NCBI GenBank assembly: GCA_964187785.1
Contig: OZ076409.1
Location: forward strand, 27,406,001-27,470,000
DNA length: 64,000 nt
Reading direction: 5' to 3'
DNA from: Amphiscolops sp. MND2022
Taxonomy: Eukaryota
Made by a program: the position numbers and the translations under genes. This document shows, piece after piece, positions 25,013 to 36,685 of the stretch. Numbering within the stretch: the stretch's first letter is position 1; each line of letters begins with the position of its first letter. The notes below the pieces were generated by a model, which saw nothing but the letters and a program-made list of their open reading frames with translations, was not told where the DNA came from and made no database searches.

Positions 25013-28000
25013 TTAGTCGGTGGATTTGTCTTGCATGAATTTTAGCAGAGCCAGTTTGACTCGGAGTTCGTGAACTAAGAAGTTTTGGTAGGTTTTCGGT
25101 TGCGGTTCGGTTCGGAAGTTGTACCGTGTTGCGTTGTTACGCGACGTTGTGTGGTCATGCTCATTATGAACTGTCGTTGTATGTTCAGTCACAGGTTCGT
25201 TTGTTTCAGTATCAGGTTCGTTGTTGGTGTCGTAATGAACAACTGAATTGTCAGGCGGTTGTTCGCAGGTTTCAGGTGAGCTCTCAGGAATTGGTTGCGT
25301 CAGCGTATGATCGCTCAATTTCCGTACATGCTCATAATAGATAATGCCGTGTTCATTATTGATTTCTTCTTGATCGGTTGTTTCCGGTGCCGGTTCTGCA
25401 TACAAATGCTGAGGCATGTGGTCATTGAAGAGCGCTTGATCATCGGCCGCATCTGGGTCAGCGAACAAGCGATTTGAGTCTTCTTCAATGTCCGGTATTG
25501 GTGCGTTCGGTGTGAAAGGACGTAGTCGCATCCTATGCACGCACTGTGTTTGGAAGGTTCCGACCTTCCTGATTGTGTAGTTAAAGTTTGTCAGTACTTT
25601 AATTACTTTGAAGGGACCTTCCCATTTGAAATCATGGAAGTTAATCTTGTCGGACTGCGTTGTGAGTTTAGGATTAAGCAGAAATGTGTAGTCGTTGACC
25701 TTCAAGGGTAACGCTTGGGCTTTACGGTCGTAGTACTTTTTGTACTTGTGGTATGCTTGCAGTATGTTATCATTGACTTGTTGGTATTTGCCGTTCACCT
25801 GGTCAACTAATCTTGTTATGTCAGTTTCCGTGGTTTCACATTTCAGAGGGTTACCGAATTTGAGGTCTAACGCGTTAAACGGAACTCTGCCGTGGAAGAC
25901 TTCGCTCGGAGTGCACTTGAGTGATTGATGGTAGGTTGTGTTATGAGCCATTACTGCAAGATTAACGTACCTGTCCCATTGGGGGGAGTCGACAGAAATG
26001 TTAATCTTCAGAATTTGTTTCAGTCTTTGGTGGGAACGCTCCACCATCCCTATGGTTTGGGCATGCTTTACAGTAGCGTGATCGATTTTGATTCCGGCAG
26101 TTTTCATGATTTCGGTCATGATGTTGGATGTGAAAGCCGTGCCTTTGTCGGTGATAATTGTCTTCGGGACGTAGGCGTGTTGGGTGAATACTTGCATGAG
26201 CGCTTTTACAACCGAGTTAGTGTCTGGTTTCCGTATAGGTACAGCGAACAAATACCGTGAGAAGTAGTCGCACGCCGTCAGGATGTGCGTATATCCGTTT
26301 GAGTTAGGTAGTTCACCTACTAAATCGATTTCCAGTACGTCTTCCGGGCCGTTACAGGGGTCGTAGATTTTTTCCAGAGGAGGCATTAGTCGTCTTGGGT
26401 TAACAGGTTTTGCTTTGATGCACTCAATACAATTACTTACGTACTTTGACACGTGTTCACTCAGGCTTGGTATGTAGTAACGCTTACCGAGTTCTACCAA
26501 CATTTTTGATGCCCCAGGGTGTCCCTGCATGGGGTCGCCATGCATTGTCCTGATTATGGGCATGGTAGTTTCTGGAGGTACTACGATTTGTTTAAGTAGA
26601 ATTCCGCCAGTGTTATCAAAAAAGTTCCTGTACAGTACCTTGTTGACTACTTCAAGTCTTTTTTTGTTTTTTACCAGTTTTTGAAAAAAGGAGCTAGTAA
26701 AGTTAACGTGGTTTGGTAGTGGTTCGTTGTCCACTAAAACGCGGACCATTTTTTGGACGTCTTGGTTACCTAACTGATCTTGGACGATTTGTTAATCCCC
26801 TTGCGGGCATATCTGATTTACCGGGTTAAGGTGGTGACGTCTGGTAAACCTCGTCAGTATGATGGAAGGGGTGTCTCCTGCCAGAACAGGTTCGAGGTGT
26901 CGGCTGATGATCTGAATCATCTTGAGACGTTCGTCTTCATGTGTTTGAAGGTTGTTCGCCATTGAGTTTAGTAGAGTCCGCATCTTGGTGAAGTCGTCTG
27001 CTGGACCGGTGGTTTCAGACTGGTGTGTAGTGGGTATCGCTGCATCGGGTTGTTGTTGAACTGGGTCGTAGTCTTCTTCGTCCTCGTCCTGTTTTGGGGT
27101 TTTGGCCGCAAGATCTATTTCGATGTCGTGGACTGGAATCTGGTCATTCAATTTCAAGTGAATTCTGTCTTCAGGGTTAATGTCTAATCGAAACAGGTAA
27201 TCCACCGCTGGGTTCTCGACTCCAGGGACGTGGGCGAGAACAAAGTCAAATTGAAGTGCTTGGTCACAATGGTTCCATAGTTTGAGTGGTATTCGTTTTG
27301 ACTGGAAGAAGCGGGTCAGAGCCTTGTTATCTGTCATCACAATTGTGGGTTTTTTGACACCCCACAGTATGTGAGCAAATTCGTCGAAGGCGAAGTGCAT
27401 TGCGAGGAATTCTTTAGCATACATGGTCAATGACATTTGACCTTCCGTGAATCGTTGTGAGCCGAATGCTACAGGGGCGTACGTCTTCTTCTGTCCATCA
27501 ATGGCTTCGGTGTAGTCCTCAATGAGGAGCACGTACCCTGCTGCGTGTTCACTCGCATCGCACATGATGACCAGTTGTTTGTCTGGTAGTGGTAGTCGCA
27601 GAGATAGTTTTGCAGCTCGTGCCAGGTTCTGATTAATATCAAAAATTGCGTCCTTGTGAACCTGCGTCAGGGTGAACTTGATGTCTTTCTGTAGTAGTTT
27701 GTACAGAGGAACAAGTTTTTCTGCCAACATCGGTATGTACTGTCTGTAGAATTGTACGAATCCGATGTAGCGTTGTAGTGATTTGACTGACGTTGGTGTT
27801 TTCACGTTGTTGAGGAATTTGTCGATCTTGTCCTTAAGTGGCGCAATCCCTTTGGTAGTGATGCTTCTACCTAAGAACTCGATCTTCGGGTGACCAAAGG
27901 CGCATTTTGACATCGACAGCTTTAGACCTGCCTACTGAATCTGCTGGAAAACTGCTTCGATGTTAATTATCAGTTCGTCCACATTGTTGGCAGCGATCCC

Positions 28001-29981
28001 AATGTCGTCGACGTATTGGGCACATTTGTCTGCTTTTACCAGTGCATCTAAGTACTCTCGAATTGTACTGTTGAATGCAGACAAAGACCTATTCAACCCT
28101 TGCGCGTTGCGCTGCCAAAAAGGTTCTGCTGCCAAAATTGAATGCCAGAAGTTGTATTGATTGTTCGTCGGCCATTTGGAGGCAGTGGTAAGCTTGCGAA
28201 CAGTCAAGCTTGCAAAAGTACCTTTTGGCAGCCATATGCTGGGCTGCATCGGCAATGGTCGTTACTGGGTGGTTGTGGTTGTTGTAGTCATTTTTGAGGA
28301 GGTGGTTGATCCGCCTCAAATCGACTAGTATCCGAAGTTTCCCGTTAGGTTTTCGTTGTGCGAAAATTGGGGAGGAATATTTACTGTATGGTAACGTCGT
28401 GATGATCCCGTACTCCTGCATCAGTGCGAGTTCGACCAGCAGATCATCTTTCAGATTGGTTGGAGTAGGTAGACTCTGGGCGTACACGGGATCATCGTGT
28501 TTTGGGGTCAGCTTGATCTTGAAATCGGTGTTGATGCCGATATCAAGACGATGTCTAGCAAATATCGTGTGATATTTGACGAGCAGTTCTTCGATCCTCT
28601 GTTGCTCGTGCTCAGTGAGGATCGAGTCGTCCCAGCTGAAATTTTTGAGGAATGTTTGGCGTTGTTCGTCATCGCATGTCGGGTTGAGTTTTTCAGCTTC
28701 TCGGAGTTTGATGAGTTCGTCGTAGATACGTCTTTCTATTTTATTCAACTTGTCAGGATCGTCACATATTTCGGGCGTCGGGTACCATCTTTTATCATTT
28801 GTGGCGCTTGGATCCTGGAACAGTTGGTTGATCACATTAGCCGCTTCATCAGGGAGTTTAGTGATCAACGCCAGCTGCTCGTTGGTCATTGGCTGGATGT
28901 TTCTGGCTTGGTTTGGCGTAAGTATTCGGAAGACTGCGATTGTACTGCTCTGAGGTATTGTAACTGCGTGGTCCATGTGGTTGGTAATTTGGACGTGTGT
29001 CTGTTGGTCCTTGATTTCAGACATTGATGGTGACACTAGCAATTCAGTTTTTCGTTCAAAGGCTGGGAACGCCTCTATTGTGCCTGTCACTATTCCGATG
29101 TCCTTGTCCGTTGTAACAGTCACAAATATTTGTTGTCCGGGCGAGATGGTTGTTTTTTGGGTTGTTCTGAGTTCCAACATCTGCAGTTTGAATTTCCCGT
29201 TTGGCGGTTTTAGTTGGAGGGTTATTTCTGGGAATCGTACAATGTTATTTGCAAGATCTAGCGTGACAGAGTATTTTTTAAAGAAGGACATTCCGATGAG
29301 GATGTTTCCCATTGTTGGTAGGATCATGAATGTCTCTTCGAATATTTTTCCCCCAATGAAAAATCGAAGAAGCACTTGTTTTCTCACCGGAACGATATTT
29401 CCGTTGCCTATTTGGACTTTGAAGTCCGGTGCTGGATATTCTTCCAACTGGGCTGCTGGGTGGGCTTGTAAGATTCGACGTAGCTCGTTTTCAGACATCG
29501 CGCTCTGGATTGCTCCAGTGTCCAGGAGCCCTTGATTTTCATACTCACGGAATTGAAGAGGGACGTAGAGCATCTTGTTTCTTCTGTCTAACTGGAGTGT
29601 AGCGCTTAATGGTCTGATGTTTGTTGGCTTCGGTTGGTGCCCCTGTTTGGTATTGTCATCCAGTTCATTCGGTTTTTGTTGTGGGTTTCTAGTTCTGGTC
29701 GGGTTGACCCTCTCGCGTTGGTGTGGCCTGGCTGCAGTCTCTTTCGGAATGCAGCCCTTCGTTGTACAATTGGGGTTGTCGTCTATGAGAGGGAGTATGT
29801 GGTAGTTATTTGTCGAGACTTTGCGTACATAGTATTTTGTTGATAGTTTAGTCTGTTTATCAGGACGCTGCCAACATCCTGTCGTTGTAGTTTTCGAGTA
29901 GTAGTGAGTTGGAGTTGTTTTTTTGGTGCGCGCACTTTCTGTTTGGTTGGACTGAGGATGACGTGGCATTACAAGTTTTTT
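25013..29981 (-). pseudogene. pol: pol of element B (PR, RT, RNase H, IN) with a few lesions
   Basis: LLDTGA, LDCSQAY, YVDD, CDAS, HHCC, EIDLVG/ITDKG/MVER, WEGPF. Frameshift near 28120, TAG at 27932, frameshift near 26780. Confidence 0.95.
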
Positions 29982-31558
29982 GAATTCGTATCGTATTCAT
30001 CGTTGTAGTCCATGTCGTAGCAGTCGTTGGTTTCTTCTGGTTGGGTGGTCTGGCTTGTCGGTTGCGTGACTTGGTAGGTTGGTTGGTTGTTGTTTTGTGA
30101 CTGTTTGAATTCACGGAGGAACTCTCGGTTTTCATTGGTGGATTGTTTGTCATATGGTACGTTTCGGTAAGCCGATGCTCCTGGTACCCTGTCTCTGCAA
30201 TCCCGTGCTGAATGTCCGATCCTGCCACAAATTTGGCATACTAATTTGGAGTTGTATCGTGGTTTTTCGGTTTCTTGTTGTTGGGCATTGTTGTTTCCAG
30301 GTTGGGGACGTTGTTGTGATTTCTTCGTTATTCCGTTGGCTTCGTCCCTGAGGCGTTTACGGCATTCAATCCACTTGTGGCCTAGTATGTTGCAGTATCT
30401 GCAATTTCCTTCGAATCTTCGTTTGACTTCTCTTGTTGGGTTCTTCTCGGTGTTGTTTGGGTTGTGGGCTGGCTGAGCGTTGTTTTGCTTTGGTTGGTAG
30501 TTGTAGACCTGGTTAAGTGGCTGCATATCCGAGGTGCCGGGGAGCAGTTGTGCATATTGGCAACGGCGTTGTACAAACGTCTTGATTTCTTCAACCTTGG
30601 CATCGTGTTTGCCTGCCATGGCAAGTTCATTCTGAATCTGGATTGGTAGTTTGGCAAACAAGAATGTTTCGGCTATGTCATTGGCTTTATCTCCGTATGC
30701 TTGTTTGGCAAGTTTCTTGTATCTAGTTAAGAAATCAGCAAATGATTCCTTTGTGGGGTCATACCTCATCTGATCGAATTTGTACTTCGATACTTCTTTG
30801 AGGTCTTCTTTCGCATACTCCTTGGTGAAAGCTTGCAGGACGTCTTGGAGTGTCGTTTCTGTCGTGATTTTTAGTGTTTGCCAGAATTCTATGGCTTCGT
30901 CTCTAAGCAGGCTTTGAAAATAGTTTAGCTTCTGCTCTTCTGTTAATTTGTTCATGTGTGGGCGGAGGTGGTTCTTCAGTAGGTGTTCGAATTCGTTGTA
31001 CTTCTCTCGGTTTCCGCGGAAGAGAGGTACTTGAGTTTGGAGGATTTTGGGCTGTATTACTCCGTCGGTCATTGTTGTTCGTAGGTTGTGTATTTCGGTC
31101 AATACATCATCCATCTGAGGGTCATTGGTGGGTGGTGCACGATCTCTGTTTTGGTGAGTTGCAGGGTTTGGGAGGGTCCTGCGTGGTTGTTGGATATTTG
31201 GAGTCGGATTTGGGTTCGTGGAGACTCCTGTCACCATGTCAGAACGAGTCACGTTCGTGTTAATAACGGTGTTGAGACCGCTACATTCGGTCGTCGGTGT
31301 TGATATTTTCTCGGTAAGGGCTAACACAATGTTTGTTAATTCGCTGATTTGTTTATTCATCTCCATAAAACGTTGATCAACGGAATTTGAGCTAGAATTT
31401 TGTCTAACATTGATTAAATCTCCATTCTCGAATTCATTCACCTGGTTTCTAGATAATGTGTTAGGAAAACTATATTCGCTTTCGTTGTCACTATTCTGTT
31501 CCATTCCGCTGGAACATGCAGCATAACTATCTACGTTTTGAGATCTGGTATTGACCAT
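29969..31558 (-). CDS. gag: Gag of element B (529 aa, intact), starting inside the 5' LTR
   Basis: Open ORF with knuckles CRYCNILGHKWIEC and CQICGRIGHSARDC; capsid region similar to gag of A. Confidence 0.95.
   Translation of the reverse strand: MVNTRSQNVDSYAACSSGMEQNSDNESEYSFPNTLSRNQVNEFENGDLINVRQNSSSNSVDQRFMEMNKQISELTNIVLALTEKISTPTTECSGLNTVINTNVTRSDMVTGVSTNPNPTPNIQQPRRTLPNPATHQNRDRAPPTNDPQMDDVLTEIHNLRTTMTDGVIQPKILQTQVPLFRGNREKYNEFEHLLKNHLRPHMNKLTEEQKLNYFQSLLRDEAIEFWQTLKITTETTLQDVLQAFTKEYAKEDLKEVSKYKFDQMRYDPTKESFADFLTRYKKLAKQAYGDKANDIAETFLFAKLPIQIQNELAMAGKHDAKVEEIKTFVQRRCQYAQLLPGTSDMQPLNQVYNYQPKQNNAQPAHNPNNTEKNPTREVKRRFEGNCRYCNILGHKWIECRKRLRDEANGITKKSQQRPQPGNNNAQQQETEKPRYNSKLVCQICGRIGHSARDCRDRVPGASAYRNVPYDKQSTNENREFLREFKQSQNNNQPTYQVTQPTSQTTQPEETNDCYDMDYNDEYDTNSKNL
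29975..29981 (-). promoter_or_regulatory. -1 ribosomal frameshift heptamer A AAA AAC (gag-pol)
   Basis: X XXY YYZ heptamer just before the gag stop, with pol in the -1 frame. Same heptamer at 10843-10849 in A. Confidence 0.8.
31225..31236 (-). promoter_or_regulatory. Primer-binding site of element B (TGGTGACAGGAG)
   Basis: Directly follows the LTR end TGACA and is complementary to a tRNA CCA end. tRNA identity not established (Leu is a guess). Confidence 0.88.
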
Positions 31559-32168
31559 CTTTGAATCTTCGAATGGAATTGTTGTTTTTGAAGGTTTATT
31601 GATTTTAATAGGAAATATGAATAATCAAGTTTCGACTAAATCAATGAGGTAAGCAACACTACGTTAGGCCATGTAAAACTTCGTACTGCTGATACTTCAA
31701 CTCTTGTCGCAAATTTCACTGCAGTTGGTCACGTGACCGCATTGGCCAATAGTATTGCGCTATTGATTAGGTGTTAATTGGTGCGTCCTGCTGGTAGCAA
31801 CGTAAATGGTGTTTTGTACAAAAGGTAGCACCAATATGTTACCATGGTTACATGAATCATCTATCATTTGCGTTGGTTGATACAAATTGCGTCTATGATG
31901 GTGCACTACCAACGTTATATATGATACTACATTTTACTGATGAAATTAAATATGGTGAAAGCACTTGTACGAAGCGTGTAATGAGTAAATGATGTCAACG
32001 TTTACAATTCGTTTTTTATTTTAGGAAGTAATAATAATGATGGGATAGGCCCGTCATTGTTCAATGGTAATTTATGGTTATTGAAATATCAAGAGTATTA
32101 TATTTAACTGAGATTTTTAAATGTTTAGATTGTTTTTTATCAGTTTCATTCATGCTTCCGGCATGACA
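31237..32168 (-). repeat. 5' LTR of element B
   Basis: TGTCA...TGACA termini; about 99% identical to 16510-17441. Confidence 0.97.
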
Positions 32169-33154
32169 GAGATTGAATTCAATAACAAAAATTCAATAAT
32201 TAAATATTTAAACGCAACGGCAAATTAGTCCTATACTCCTCCAGTAATGAAAAACAATTTTCCCATTGTTCTCCAAAGCTTTTCCCATTTTTTTAATTTT
32301 CAAAATAAAATGCTTGTTTTTCTGCGTTGCGGTGGTGCTTCACTTGTTCAATCCTTCCGAAATTTACGTTTTGGTTACCTTTTTTAATTTCAAAGTCGTT
32401 GAATCTCCCCACAGATTTCGGTATTTTTTTCAGATGACTTTTCCAATTCGAGTTCCATTCCTCACAAAAGTTTGTTGTTCTAGCAATCCAATCTCTTCGG
32501 TAGACAATCCAATTTTGAATGGGAACGCCTCAGAATCATTGATTCTCGACTTATTCGAAGATTTATCAAAAGTGCAAAAAGTTTGGTAACCAAATCCGGG
32601 GGCAGAAAAGAAAGAGCTAATATTTTTCTCACCATTTTTGGAGGCTGTTATTGGTTTTATATTGAATGATCAAACCAAGATTTTGAATTTTGTGATATAT
32701 GCACTGCGTGTAATGAAAATAGGATCTCAATTGATCATTATTTAGTATGTGAATTCTGACAGATGAGAAAATATCCGTTTTAAAATACGAAACATTTTTC
32801 TCGAGACAAAAGTCTTCGTAAAATTTTTGAACAGATTAGCACGTGAAGTCAGAGACATAATGTTACAATAATGTTCCGTTTTCCACCGAGAGAAGCACAT
32901 ACCATTACCCCTGAAGTCACCGTCAATTTTGACGCCTCGGATAGCTCTGGGAACGGGGCAGTAACTTCGTTTGGAGTTTACGCACAGACGGTTTTGTAGC
33001 ATGGTATATCGGAATCAGAAGTTGATCATAAAAATCGTCGAGCTTTTCCGTAGATTTATTTTCCTCCGATTGCAAAACTTTTTCTCGGAATCGGGCTTGT
33101 TCTCTTTTTTGCTTAGGATCATCATGGGGATGCTCAGACATTAGAGGGTTATTT

Positions 33155-33330
33155 ACAAATGTAAGTGCTCGAGATTCAGAAGGTTAAGTAGCGAAAGCAC
33201 GAATTCTTTCATATTCATTTTTAAAAAATCAAACATACAGTATACAGTATGTTTGATTTTCAAAAATTGAATTTATAAGAATTCGTGCTTTCGCTACTTA
33301 ACCTTCCTAATCCCGAGCCCTTACGTTTGT
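33155..33330. repeat. Imperfect palindrome, ~86-bp arms, centred on TATA 33241-33244
   Basis: For example GAAGGTTAAGTAGCGAAAGCACGAATTCTT is mirrored by AAGAATTCGTGCTTTCGCTACTTAACCTTC. Confidence 0.92.
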
Positions 33331-33370
33331 GATTTCTCACTTTCTCAATTTTTGTCTCAGAAATTTTAAA

Positions 33371-33622
33371 AAAGTATCAATGCAAACTAGATGAAATTCT
33401 AAGAAACATTTAATTCTGATGTTTTTCAAAATTTCCAACCGATTTCGAGAAAATCGAGCCTAAAATCGCCTGGGGGACGTTTTTTTAATCACAGTATACT
33501 GTGATTAAGAAAACATCCCCCGGGCGATTTTAGGCTCGATTTTTTCGAAATTGGTTGGAAATTTTGAAAAACATAAGAAATAAAAGTTTCTTAGAATTTC
33601 ATCTAGTTTACATTAGTACTTT
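33371..33622. repeat. Imperfect palindrome, ~124-bp arms, centred on TATA 33495-33498
   Basis: TTAATCACAG-TATA-CTGTGATTAA axis with long mirrored arms. Confidence 0.92.
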
Positions 33623-33891
33623 CTACAAATAGCTGATTTTGAGCAAAATTGGGAGTTTTTGCTGTTTTTCAACTTTTTGACCTTTTTATATCCAGTTTTT
33701 TTTGACCACTTTTCTTTTCAATTACCTTCCACAAAAATACTGAATTCATGGATATATTTTGATTTCAAAGGGTAAAATTTCCTCAATTTACTTGAATTTC
33801 ACTCGATGCGCCAATCAAAATCGAAAGTGAGAGCAAATAAACAATTTTAATTGGCTGAGAATGTCACAGGGGGACGATTTCTTAATCACAG
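33499..33891. mobile_element. TA-flanked MITE (393 bp), possibly Tc1/mariner-related
   Basis: TIRs CTGTGATTAAGAAAACATCCCC / GGGGACGATTTCTTAATCACAG with TA on both sides. Confidence 0.7.
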
Positions 33892-35339
33892 TACTGTACT
33901 CTGTACCAAAGTAGAAGCAGTAATTATAGTTTTTGATAAATTTTTGGCTTTAAAAAACCACCGAGGCCACTTACGCATGGCTGCAACGATGGTTGGATTG
34001 CCCTCCTGCCAGTATCGGACTTCAGAGAAGGAGTCGTCAAGTACATCCACGTTGACCAAGCAATCGTGGACTTCGATTCGCATTTTGGAATATCGCTTGT
34101 CTCCCGCACCTCCATAGTAGACATATCCGCTCATGTCAAAGTAGGTCTGGAAGGTGTCAAATCCAGGAGGTTTGAAGCAGAATACGTCCAGAATCCTGTT
34201 GCGAATTTTGATTTGACGACTACCACCTGCAACAAAAATGAAAACGTTTCTCGGTCCAAAATGAGAAAAGAAAGTTTCATTGATATCAAAGGATTTCCAT
34301 GTCATCGTTAAAAGTTGAAAATATGATGAAAGAGGAGTTGGAAATGGAAGTGTGTGTTCAGTCAGTCATCGAATGAAACATTCACCAACATACAATACCT
34401 TGTTTATAATAAATTAACGATAATTTAGCAAAGTAGTCTGGTTGAAAAAGTCCCATTGGACATCATAGCGAGTTGCCAGATTTCATTTTCAGATGATAAG
34501 TCTCTCAGAAATTGATTCGTTTTGTTGCATGGTTTAACCGAAAACAAACTTACTCCACCAAATGACATCCTATGCAACAGAACTTGTGATTGTTTGATTC
34601 GTACACTGAAACGTGACCAACGTTAACCAAGATTGCTCAAGATCATGGAAACGGAATGCCGAAACAAATATCACGAAAGCAACACCAATTTAAACTTGAA
34701 GCGCAGTTTCGGAGGATTATTTAAGCTACTCAATTCTGTTAGCAGGGCATTGGATACAGTTCAAGGTGCTAACATTCCCTTGTTCGATGCAGTCCTGATT
34801 TTCCACTGATGTCTCGAGTTTGTTGGACAACGCAAAAATGAATTCGATTCATTGACACGAATAAAAAAGCTCACGCTTTTGCATTTGTTAAGCTTATATT
34901 TGGACCCTCGATATCGCTCTGGGAAGATACTATCGTCTACTGATATTGAAGAGGCAAAGGAATTAGCAAAGAGCTGAACGTAGAATTGGTAGGAGTTATC
35001 ATGAAATTTCGACTTGTGAGCGAACCATTTTCAGCGGCCTTTTTGAGAAAACTGTTTCCGCGGTCGTTCTCACTGACTGTGAGGAAAATGACAAGCAGAT
35101 TATCCCAAAAATTACGTCGGGTAAGACAAGAACAGCTGAACTGGAGCAATTATTCCGCACATTTGGATTTGTCCATTCCGGTTCCGGAAATCGACAGGGA
35201 ATTTAAAAATGTGGAAAACTCGACTTTGGAATCAATAATTATCAATTTGAATCATTGATAATTGATTCTTGAACAAAGGATTGTTTGAAAAAATAAAAAA
35301 TATTTAAATCGGACAAAAATAATAAAAATTGGATTCAAA

Positions 35340-35996
35340 TCAAATAGAAATACTGTCGTAACCGTTTTCATCATCATTTAGATTAGATTCCATAAAATTC
35401 TCTCTACGGCGATTTATTCGGTTACTTTTCATCGATACTAACCTTGGAAAGTCGTTTTCAGCGTCCCCAGATGTATAGCTGACATTTTCAAGGTGCAGTC
35501 TATTTGACTGAAGGTCCTTCCGGGGGTGCGCCTGATTAGAATTACTCGGATGCGGTCCATCTGACCGAAGGTCCAAATTTGTAATTTTAGCAGAATTCTG
35601 TCTCTCTTTAACTGCATTTTTAATACTGAGAAGCAATTTCGTTTCAATTGCAGCGTTGATAACGTCTAATATCTGAGAGTTTAAGTTAGTTTGCACCTCC
35701 CCAAACCTTTTAGACATTTGTGACGAACTGATAGCTCTACTAGTTTCCACAGTTATTCCACTATTCTCGCTGACATTTGCATTTAAATAAGACCTATAGT
35801 CATTTTCATTTCGGTTCAAGCTATTCTCTCTCCTATTTGACTCAAGATCGATTTCATTCTCACTTGCTCTATCTTGTGCTTCGCTGTTATCCCTTTGATA
35901 ACTTCCTAGCATAACATCAAGATTCTCAATATCTGACATCACGTCAGACTGACAGGAGCGCTTCTCTTTCGCTTTCTGCTTTCTAGTTGAAGGCAT
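35340..35996 (-). CDS. LTR-encoded Gag N-terminal ORF running just out of the solo LTR
   Basis: MPSTRKQKAKEKRSCQSDVMSDIENLDVMLG aligns with MPPTRKQKAKAMKSREMDMMSDYDNLDVMLG of A. TATATAAA upstream at about 36115-36122. Confidence 0.7.
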   Translation of the reverse strand: MPSTRKQKAKEKRSCQSDVMSDIENLDVMLGSYQRDNSEAQDRASENEIDLESNRRENSLNRNENDYRSYLNANVSENSGITVETSRAISSSQMSKRFGEVQTNLNSQILDVINAAIETKLLLSIKNAVKERQNSAKITNLDLRSDGPHPSNSNQAHPRKDLQSNRLHLENVSYTSGDAENDFPRLVSMKSNRINRRRENFMESNLNDDENGYDSISI

Positions 35997-36411
35997 TGCA
36001 ATGAAATTTAGTGTTTCAACAGTGAATTTACTTAATTGCAAGATCAAATCAAAGAAGTCGTGTATTGTATTTCATCAATATCAACAATGAATCCTTTTAA
36101 CAACGGACTCCTAGTTTATATAGTTGTAGGACCATGACAACCATTATTTGGGGCGTCAAAGTCTGAAAAAATTCATGACGTCATATTTACTATAAACAAC
36201 CAAAGGTAGACCTGACGTCATATTACGTCACTAACTATAAATCGGAATGGAACAGGTTAGGCTATCTAATGAACAACACTGATGACTACATGTACGTGAT
36301 CCTACATCACGTCAAAACTATACAAATTAACAGTCAAACTGCCTGAAAGGGCATGGTGACCTAGCATCAAAGTGACTGCACTAGTCATCCTGAATAGTAC
36401 CGTTTGTCAAA

Positions 36412-36685
36412 TGTGCTGCTTTAAAGAGTCTTTTAGTTTTTGTTCGTGCTCTATTCTAGATGTTACAGAACTAAGTTATCAGTAGGAGACTAGCTAGCTA
36501 GTTGACTCTACTAAAGCTAGGAGGTCTGAAAAAAGGAATAAAAAGGAAGTCGACTAAACACTGATTATTAGTTTTCTCTCTCTGAAGGAGTAGAGTTTTA
36601 CAGTCATTCAATATTAAATAAATGTACATTCTAGAACATTCTATAAACTTGTAAATACTATTGGTTACTAATGTAGGTCAGTACA
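36412..36685 (-). repeat. 3' LTR of element C
   Basis: Direct repeat of 54526-54801, preceded on the minus strand by purine-rich AAAAACCGGGATGGA (36686-36700, PPT candidate). Confidence 0.92.

Larger units (their letters stand above)
16510..32168 (-). mobile_element. Full-length Ty3/Gypsy LTR retrotransposon B (15.66 kb)
   Basis: Two 932-bp LTRs with about 9 differences; TSD GAGAT at 16505-16509 and 32169-32173; PBS, PPT, intact gag, nearly intact pol. Confidence 0.98.

Noticed and set aside
25126..31303. Many plus-strand ORFs opposite gag-pol of B (similar ones opposite A)
   Set aside because: Shadow ORFs of coding sequence with no independent motifs or splice logic.
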